Shown here: one piece after another, positions 57,552-64,000 of the stretch
How positions within the stretch are numbered: the first letter of the stretch is position 1
Layout of the letters: each line of letters begins with the position of its first letter
Virus record (IMG/VR): IMGVR_UViG_3300047650_000023
DNA: 64,000 nt
DNA from: a virus
Reading direction: 5' to 3' (one strand)
Position numbers and translations under genes: made by a program
Notes under the pieces: model-generated
What the model saw: the letters and a program-made list of their open reading frames with translations, nothing else
The model's database searches: none
Told to the model about the DNA's origin: nothing

Positions 57552-57593
57552 TTAATTATTCCTCATTTCTTATCAATATCATGATTTATTAGA

Positions 57594-58061
57594 TTACATT
57601 CCAACAATATCAATGATTTTATCTGAATATTTGTTCATTATATTGTTAGAAAACGTTTCTGCATCTTGTTCGGTCCATTTATATTTATACTTTGTTTTAT
57701 TAAGTTTCTTATCATTATATTTATCTGATATATATAACCTTTGATATTGATGTCTTATTTCATGAAAAATGGTTTTTATAGCATACATTTTTTCAATACT
57801 ATAATTAGTAATATCGAAGTTAAACAAATATATAAAACATTTATTATAATATTGACAAGATGATCCTTCTATTTTACCTAAAAATATATTTGGAATTAAA
57901 CTTATGTAATGCTTTTGATTAATCCATTTTAAACACTGTAATTTATTTTTAGGAAAGATCACATCAATATTTAAATTTTGGTATTCAGGTGGTAATAAAT
58001 TTACAAGTTCTTGAATTTGCTTATTGTTAAATTTATTTGAATAATTAATTAAGTTAATCAT
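57594..58061 (-). CDS. HExxH zincin-like protein
   Basis: TIFHEIRHQYQ ... WTEQDAE. Confidence 0.55.
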   Translation of the reverse strand: MINLINYSNKFNNKQIQELVNLLPPEYQNLNIDVIFPKNKLQCLKWINQKHYISLIPNIFLGKIEGSSCQYYNKCFIYLFNFDITNYSIEKMYAIKTIFHEIRHQYQRLYISDKYNDKKLNKTKYKYKWTEQDAETFSNNIMNKYSDKIIDIVGM

Positions 58062-58102
58062 ATGATTTCATTAATAACTCCATATCATTATAATTGCTCT
58101 TT

Positions 58103-58690
58103 TTATGTAATATTAATTATTTCTTCGTCTTTTGTATTAATAATATGAAATGGTCGTTGTACTCCACAAGAAATGTGTTCTGCTGCCTCTAGTGCGATCT
58201 TTATTTTATTTGGAATAGGAATGTCTAAATCTTTAGTTGAATAAAGACTTCCCATAGCTATATCTTCTCCACAACCAACTGACGTATAACCATCAGATGG
58301 TTCAAGAACAGAATAATCACATTGAACCTCAAATAATTTATCTTTTGCTCCAATAATAAAATTAGCACCTTTTTCTTTCTCTATTTCTGATTTAATTCCA
58401 TTATTAAATAGTGTAATAATATTAGGAATAAACTTTGTTACCATATATTTATGATCTAATGTAGTATTTTTATAAAAATCTGCTTCATTAAATAATGAAT
58501 CTGCATATTTAAGTAAATCAATATGTCTAAATGTTGAGGTTGATCCCATAATTACATTTTTAAAGATTTCATTTCTAAATATCTTTGATTGTGCATTAAC
58601 TTCTTTTGTATAACCATTACTACCTAAACTATCACCTCCTACCCATACACAAGCATTAACCAAATCCACATACCCAATAACGCAAGTCAT
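58103..58690 (-). CDS. Ntn-hydrolase, HslV/proteasome-beta-like threonine protease
   Basis: N-terminal (M)TCVIG..VWVGGDS, SVGCGEDIAMGSL, IALEAAE. Confidence 0.75.
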   Translation of the reverse strand: MTCVIGYVDLVNACVWVGGDSLGSNGYTKEVNAQSKIFRNEIFKNVIMGSTSTFRHIDLLKYADSLFNEADFYKNTTLDHKYMVTKFIPNIITLFNNGIKSEIEKEKGANFIIGAKDKLFEVQCDYSVLEPSDGYTSVGCGEDIAMGSLYSTKDLDIPIPNKIKIALEAAEHISCGVQRPFHIINTKDEEIINIT

Positions 58691-58937
58691 TAATTATCTC
58701 CTTTAATTTTAATTTATTTTATACAATCAATCTCATCTTTTATGAACATATCTATTAATTTGATTTCGATATTCAATACATTTATTCCAAATAGTATCAC
58801 GTTCAACACTACAATCTACACAAGTTCCAACATCACTTTCAGGGTTACCAAAAGTAGCACATTTACTTAGTTTAATATATTTTGTTATTTCTATTTCAGT
58901 CATTTTATCAACTCCTTGTTTCTCTTAGAAAATATAC

Positions 58938-59180
58938 TTATACTGTACTTCCATATAATTCGCTTTCATGCTCAACTTGCTCATTTTTGTTTTTATTTTT
59001 TAATATACTAATTGCCGTATTAAGACACCATAGTTCTTCAGTTGTTATATCATAAATATCATATTCTTCTTCATGATCAAGTTTCCATTGTAATCGTTCA
59101 AGTTCATTAGCTATATCTGTTGGTGTATATGACTTACTTTCCATAATATTTTTCACCTCACTTTCAATATTTGTTAACAT
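58938..59180 (-). CDS. hypothetical protein
   Basis: Co-oriented ORF. Confidence 0.5.
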   Translation of the reverse strand: MLTNIESEVKNIMESKSYTPTDIANELERLQWKLDHEEEYDIYDITTEELWCLNTAISILKNKNKNEQVEHESELYGSTV

Positions 59181-59181
59181 A

Positions 59182-59397
59182 TTATATACAACTTAATACA
59201 AGTCCTGTTATTTTAGTGTTTATAGGTTTGATAGTATCAATATATAATTTATTCACATTAAGAAGTATATATTTATCATATACATCTCCATATTCTGGAT
59301 AAATATATTTTTTACCAAGTTTATCATTAATTAAAATTGCATAATTCCCATTATATTTCATAGAACTTAAACTATTAATACATTCTTTTACGGTCAT
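59182..59397 (-). CDS. hypothetical protein
   Basis: GGAG SD. Confidence 0.5.
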   Translation of the reverse strand: MTVKECINSLSSMKYNGNYAILINDKLGKKYIYPEYGDVYDKYILLNVNKLYIDTIKPINTKITGLVLSCI

Positions 59398-59433
59398 AAT
59401 TTTTCATCTCCTATCTACCATGAAATAACACTT

Positions 59434-59697
59434 CTATTGTACTTTTTCAATACCAAAACTAAAATCAAACCTAATATTATACACATTAGCATTACATTTT
59501 GAACAATTTTTAGTAACAATTTTATTCGCTAAAATATGTACTAGATCATAATTGATATTATTATCATTAGTATAATACATTTCTTTGTTGTAAAGATTAT
59601 TAATTCTATTATTACAGACAATACATTCTGTTGACATCTTAACAATATTTATATTGATTTTATAAGACACATTATCTAAATCATTATTGCTAGTCAT
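59434..59697 (-). CDS. small CxxC..CxxC zinc-binding protein
   Basis: CIVC, CSKC. Confidence 0.5.
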   Translation of the reverse strand: MTSNNDLDNVSYKININIVKMSTECIVCNNRINNLYNKEMYYTNDNNINYDLVHILANKIVTKNCSKCNANVYNIRFDFSFGIEKVQ

Positions 59698-59810
59698 ATT
59701 AATTAATTCTTTCCATACTTCATAAGATATGCTAATTCTTCTCTTAATATTATCTTCTCTAAAACCATAATTCTTAATTAATAAAATTGAAGTAGAATCT
59801 AAATTAATAT

Positions 59811-60020
59811 CTATTTAATTCTATCTTTAATTTTATTAAATATTTCACAATCAATGCAAGACCTTTCTCCTAAATAGTTATTAATACAAAATGGATTGTT
59901 TGTACTACTATAAGCATGACATGTGCAACCACCTGTTATTTCTTTTGCTGTTTCATAATTCATCTCGTTCACATTAAGATTTAAATTATCAAACAAATTT
60001 TTTACCTCAGTATTATTCAT
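59811..60020 (-). CDS. small Cys-rich hypothetical protein
   Basis: CTC..C..CIDC. Confidence 0.5.
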   Translation of the reverse strand: MNNTEVKNLFDNLNLNVNEMNYETAKEITGGCTCHAYSSTNNPFCINNYLGERSCIDCEIFNKIKDRIK

Positions 60021-60055
60021 TATTATTTCTTCTTTAATTATTAATTTATTATTGT

Positions 60056-61069
60056 TTAACTTGCTAATTGGTCTTCGTTATGTAATTGCAAATATTCATC
60101 ATAATACATCCAAACCAATGGTGTCCCATCTGGGAGTTTTCCTACTGATTTCTGTTTTCCTTTACAACAATTTTGAATATTATTAATATTATATTTTTCT
60201 GACGCTTCTTTGGTAGTATTAAATATTTCATTAGTAGTAATACAAATTACTTTTTTTATATGATTATTTTTATATGTTTTTTTATCATTACCTACTTTCA
60301 AATACTCACTATAATACATCCATTGTAATAGCTCACTTGTAATCGGGTGCTTACCACAAGATTTTCTTCGACCATTACAACATGCACAAATACTACTATA
60401 ATCTATATTATATTTCAGACTAGCTTCTTTTTCTGTATTAAATATTTCTTTTGTATTAATACAAACAATTGACTTTTTATTAAAACTATCTTTCCCTGTA
60501 AATAATCCATAAATATCTTTATTCCAAGGAATACAACCTTTTTTATTTTCACTCATTTTTTCTTTAGATTCATCACTCATGTGTTTTCCGAACCAATAAG
60601 AATTTTTACTTTTTAATATTGCATGATTATTTTTAATCTTTTCGATTGATTCCTTTGTATGGTGTCTTCCATACCACGATGAATTAATTCCACTATATTT
60701 ACCTTTCCTTGTTTCACTTATTCTATTATAAATATTTTTAATTTCATCATCTGTTTTACCTAATATTAAATTTCCACCATCTCCACCAGAAGCAATATTA
60801 TAATAGTCATTTGACTCAGTAGCATTGTGATTTTTTATGTATTCTATTTCTAATTGATTTAATTCTTCTTTAGAATAAGCTATTGAGAGTATTTCACGAA
60901 TAAAGTTTTCTTTACCATATTTGATTATCGCACGTTTTAAGTGTTTTCCACTTCCCAAATATGTAATCCACGTATTAGATATATCAAATTTCTTTTGACC
61001 AATATACTTTTTACCATTGATTAAATTAGTTGTGATATAAATAAATCCATAAGGATCTTTTACTTCCAA
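60056..61069 (-). CDS. free-standing GIY-YIG homing endonuclease with NUMOD3/NUMOD1-like repeats
   Basis: YGFIYITTNLINGKKYIGQ, YLGSG, GRHHTKES, FGKHMSDESKEKMSE, VICITTNEIFNT. TTG start 8 nt after GGAGG. Confidence 0.9.
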   Translation of the reverse strand: MEVKDPYGFIYITTNLINGKKYIGQKKFDISNTWITYLGSGKHLKRAIIKYGKENFIREILSIAYSKEELNQLEIEYIKNHNATESNDYYNIASGGDGGNLILGKTDDEIKNIYNRISETRKGKYSGINSSWYGRHHTKESIEKIKNNHAILKSKNSYWFGKHMSDESKEKMSENKKGCIPWNKDIYGLFTGKDSFNKKSIVCINTKEIFNTEKEASLKYNIDYSSICACCNGRRKSCGKHPITSELLQWMYYSEYLKVGNDKKTYKNNHIKKVICITTNEIFNTTKEASEKYNINNIQNCCKGKQKSVGKLPDGTPLVWMYYDEYLQLHNEDQLAS

Positions 61070-61076
61070 TATTTTA

Positions 61077-61097
61077 TCCTCCCTGATCAGAGGAGGT
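61077..61097 (-). promoter_or_regulatory. hairpin occluding the SD of the GIY-YIG gene
   Basis: Minus strand CCTCCTCT-GATC-AGGGGAGG. Confidence 0.6.
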
Positions 61098-61379
61098 GTG
61101 TACACACATTTTAACTTGCAAGTTCTCCTTAATACTATCCTTTCTTAAAATTTAATATTAATTTATTATAGTACCCAATCGTCTTCAATATGTTCGCAAA
61201 TTCTATAATGATTTCTATCGTCTTTAATAAATTCTGCCATAACATTATCAATCTTAACAAGTTGATAATTACTCTTTATAAACTTCCTTACATGCTTTCT
61301 ACGTGAATTATAACTAAGGCTCATTACTTATTTCTCCTTTAGTTTTAAAATGTGAATCAACTACCAATTTGGTAGTATA

Positions 61380-61643
61380 TCATATTTCAATTTGTTTCAA
61401 TAGTGTAAAATCAATAGTATTATCAAAATCATTTATATCTCCAATATGTATTGCGACATAATAACAATCTGAACCGTTTAAAATAATAGTTGCTCTGTAT
61501 TGATTATCTTCTAGGGTTTCTTGAAAGAAATACGGTGGACAATTATGGGCATATATCAATGAATTATTAGGAATTTGATTTTTTAAATAAGAAATAACTT
61601 GATTCTGAATTAATTTAACGTCTTGTAAATATAATTTATTCAT
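61380..61643 (-). CDS. hypothetical protein
   Basis: AAGGA SD. Confidence 0.55.
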   Translation of the reverse strand: MNKLYLQDVKLIQNQVISYLKNQIPNNSLIYAHNCPPYFFQETLEDNQYRATIILNGSDCYYVAIHIGDINDFDNTIDFTLLKQIEI

Positions 61644-61666
61644 TTAATTACCGTCCTTTTCATTCA

Positions 61667-62308
61667 TCAAAGTTTATCGTATTCATCTTTCATTTTTAAT
61701 ACATTTTGAACTGCTTTAGTAATATAAATTCCTTTTCTTTTAGCATGTTTCATACCCTTAATACCTAGCCCATATGCAACCAAACCTGATTTTTGTCCAT
61801 ATGATAAGAGCAATGGTTTTAAAACTATAATTCCAGCCTTAATGTTCTGATAAGGGTCGAGAAGATTAGTTATACCTTGTTTTTTTAAGTCTGGAATATG
61901 ACAACTATTCACTTGGCACAAACCTCGATCTATACTGTGATTACTATTAATGTGAATCTTATTAGCTTCAAATCGGCTTTCCTCCCACATAATACTCAGT
62001 AATAGTTTATAGTCCACATTATTTGTTCTACATAAATCATAAGTGTATTCCTGTAACTCTTTAGAAAGTGGAATTTGCGGAATATAATACGAATAATCAA
62101 CTGGTGTTACTTTAGTTTGTTTTACAAATTTATTGTTACTATATTCAATTTTAAATTGCTCATTCTTTAATTCTGCTATTGAGGAATATTTTTCTATTAC
62201 CTCAACAGTTTTGGGTTTTATGTTTATATTAGGTATTTGAGTATTCATTATAACGAAATTCAAAGCCAATACAAAACATATGACCTTTTTATAAGACATT
62301 TTCGCCAC
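61667..62308 (-). CDS. SLT-like lytic transglycosylase with N-terminal anchor
   Basis: LLLSIMWEESRF (catalytic Glu), DRGLCQVN, DPYQNIKAG. Confidence 0.8.
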   Translation of the reverse strand: MAKMSYKKVICFVLALNFVIMNTQIPNINIKPKTVEVIEKYSSIAELKNEQFKIEYSNNKFVKQTKVTPVDYSYYIPQIPLSKELQEYTYDLCRTNNVDYKLLLSIMWEESRFEANKIHINSNHSIDRGLCQVNSCHIPDLKKQGITNLLDPYQNIKAGIIVLKPLLLSYGQKSGLVAYGLGIKGMKHAKRKGIYITKAVQNVLKMKDEYDKL

Positions 62309-62318
62309 CCTTTACTTT

Positions 62319-62555
62319 TTAATTTATAGGATAATTTTTAACTAAAAAACTCTGTCTCTTTTCTAGTTTATCGTTATATTTGACACAATAACTATCTTCA
62401 TATAATGCTTTACAAACTTCGCTTCCATATTCAGATAATATTTTATTCATAGATTCAATAAATTGTTTATGCAATTTACTACTTTCATTATAATCTTCTA
62501 AATTATCTTTTACTTCAAAGTCTATTGTAAATCTATGTTTACCCATTAATATCAC
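62319..62555 (-). CDS. hypothetical protein
   Basis: Co-oriented ORF. Confidence 0.5.
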   Translation of the reverse strand: MILMGKHRFTIDFEVKDNLEDYNESSKLHKQFIESMNKILSEYGSEVCKALYEDSYCVKYNDKLEKRQSFLVKNYPIN

Positions 62556-62601
62556 TTCTTTCAGTTTATTTATTCTATAGAAAGATAATTTGGTTAGGAT
62601 T

Positions 62602-62913
62602 TTACAACATATATTTATTTGATATATCAGACCATATTTCTTGAAGAAAAGTATCGTGTTTTTCTTCTTCGTCTACATATGCCAAACTTAAAAAATATCG
62701 TTCCCAACATTGAAGTTTTTCTTCTGTTGTACAATGATCTTGACCATCAAAATCAAATTGTTCGTCTTTTTCTATACACTTCTTTTCACCCATATACCGA
62801 ATATTTTGAGAAAAAGCAATATAAGGACATTCTTTATTTTCATCTATAAATATTCTTTTACAAGTTAATCGTAACGCTTTTTTATAATCTTCAATTTTAA
62901 AATCTATATCCAT
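62602..62913 (-). CDS. hypothetical protein
   Basis: AAGGAG SD. Confidence 0.55.
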   Translation of the reverse strand: MDIDFKIEDYKKALRLTCKRIFIDENKECPYIAFSQNIRYMGEKKCIEKDEQFDFDGQDHCTTEEKLQCWERYFLSLAYVDEEEKHDTFLQEIWSDISNKYML

Positions 62914-63294
62914 TTTAATCTCCTTTTCTACTATAAAATATAATTTTGGTCGTATTTTAGTTTTCTTTTTTAAATTTTCGTAATATCATCTGCCCCACAT
63001 TCAGCTTCGTTTAGTATTTCTTCAAGATTATTATAACATTCATTTACGTCAAGAATATACATTGTTGCTTTATATAGTTTAGCCATTATATTTTCCTTTC
63101 TCAACTACCATCAAATTTAAGATTGATTCACTTTATATATACATCCAAATAATGATATGATAAGAATAATCATTGAAGTCATACAAATTTTCATGCTAAA
63201 TGAATTTAAAGTCCAAAATACAATTAATCCAGAAAAGAAAAATATAATTGCACAAATAATAGCTGCTTTTTTAAAAAAGTTTAAACTCATAATT

Positions 63295-63597
63295 TCACTC
63301 TTTCTTAACCCAATAATCAGGATATTCTCGTCTCAAAATCCTCATAGCTAATATTTGTTGGCATTTATGTATTCCATCTTGAAATATATCAATGTCATCT
63401 GGATGTTGTTTTTCTAATTGATTATATTCATTCCAAGCTGAAATTAGATTATCTATAACTTTCTGTTCTTGCTCTGTTAAACCTGAATTTATTTCTACTT
63501 CCATATAACCACAAGTAGTACATCTATATTGTTGAAAATACGAATCCCAATCCATTAAATCACTACATTGAGGACACATTTTAGTTTTATGAATCAT
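63295..63597 (-). CDS. zinc-ribbon-containing hypothetical protein
   Basis: CPQCSDLMDW....YRCTTCGY then HPDD..F..GIH..Q.ILA.R. Confidence 0.6.
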   Translation of the reverse strand: MIHKTKMCPQCSDLMDWDSYFQQYRCTTCGYMEVEINSGLTEQEQKVIDNLISAWNEYNQLEKQHPDDIDIFQDGIHKCQQILAMRILRREYPDYWVKKE

Positions 63598-64000
63598 GAT
63601 TATTTTACTCCTTTTTCTAAATCTCTAATCAATTTTAAAATTTATTGACAGTCGCATGTATCTTCGTGACATTGAATTATGTCTATTGTTTGATATCTTA
63701 ATTGACTTTGAATTGAAAATAATAAATCGTTAAAATCTGGTCTATCTTCTTCTAAATCTATATGTAGATTTGAATAAATCTCTATCCTAAGATTTTCAAT
63801 TTCATCTGCAATTTCTTTTAATCTATTACTATAATACGTTTACCTCACCTCTTAACTATCGTAGAATGGCAGATTGATGATATATTTTAATTACTTATAT
63901 ATAATGAACCATTTGCTTTTAATCTTGGTGTTATAGCAATTGCAGGACTATCTCCACCATAACCTCCTGATCCTGATACAACTATATAATTTACACCAGT

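Noticed and set aside
917-63351. About 30 short track ORFs antisense to or nested in longer genes (e.g. 917, 5555, 11065, 12875, 13271, 17453, 18909, 19942, 23933, 24963, 26459, 27135, 28113, 30871, 33174, 34651, 38018, 41790, 45458, 46082, 48494, 50191, 52036, 52356, 53490, 55659, 55900, 56735, 62619, 63157)
   Set aside because: Shadow frames of well-supported genes. No SD, no motifs, against local strand polarity.
1-64000. tRNA, tmRNA or rRNA genes
   Set aside because: No T-loop (GTTCRA) cloverleaf or rRNA-like GC-rich segment recognised by eye. A tRNAscan/Infernal run would be needed to exclude them formally.

Overview
This AT-rich 64 kb window is part of a large temperate siphovirus with SPbeta-like gene order. 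The host is inferred to be an anaerobic, low-GC Firmicute (class III RNR, formate channel, sigmaA promoters). Plus strand (1-44.4 kb): late/tail module with a RusA-like resolvase, a tyrosine recombinase, several fibre/adhesin-like proteins, holin-like genes, a ClpP-like + beta-CASP nuclease pair and a moron island. It continues with a tape-measure gene split by two ORF-less group I introns around a 56-nt micro-exon, distal tail genes, an in-operon radical SAM/SPASM maturase with a 22-Cys CxxxC-repeat substrate, and a signal-peptide GH25 endolysin. Minus strand (44.4-64 kb): a large serine integrase, a nucleotide-metabolism cluster (dut, FNT, nrdG, nrdD, nucleotidase, gmk, HPr-like, PnuC-like, thyX-like) and many small early genes. 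The two arms converge on a putative intact attP. Its core encodes TCHWCH of a host YyaL-like thioredoxin-domain gene, and it is preceded by a phage-borne copy of that gene's first 53 codons. About seven homing-endonuclease-like genes are scattered through the window. No tRNA, rRNA, CRISPR array or reverse transcriptase was seen. All family assignments come from motif recognition by eye, not database searches.
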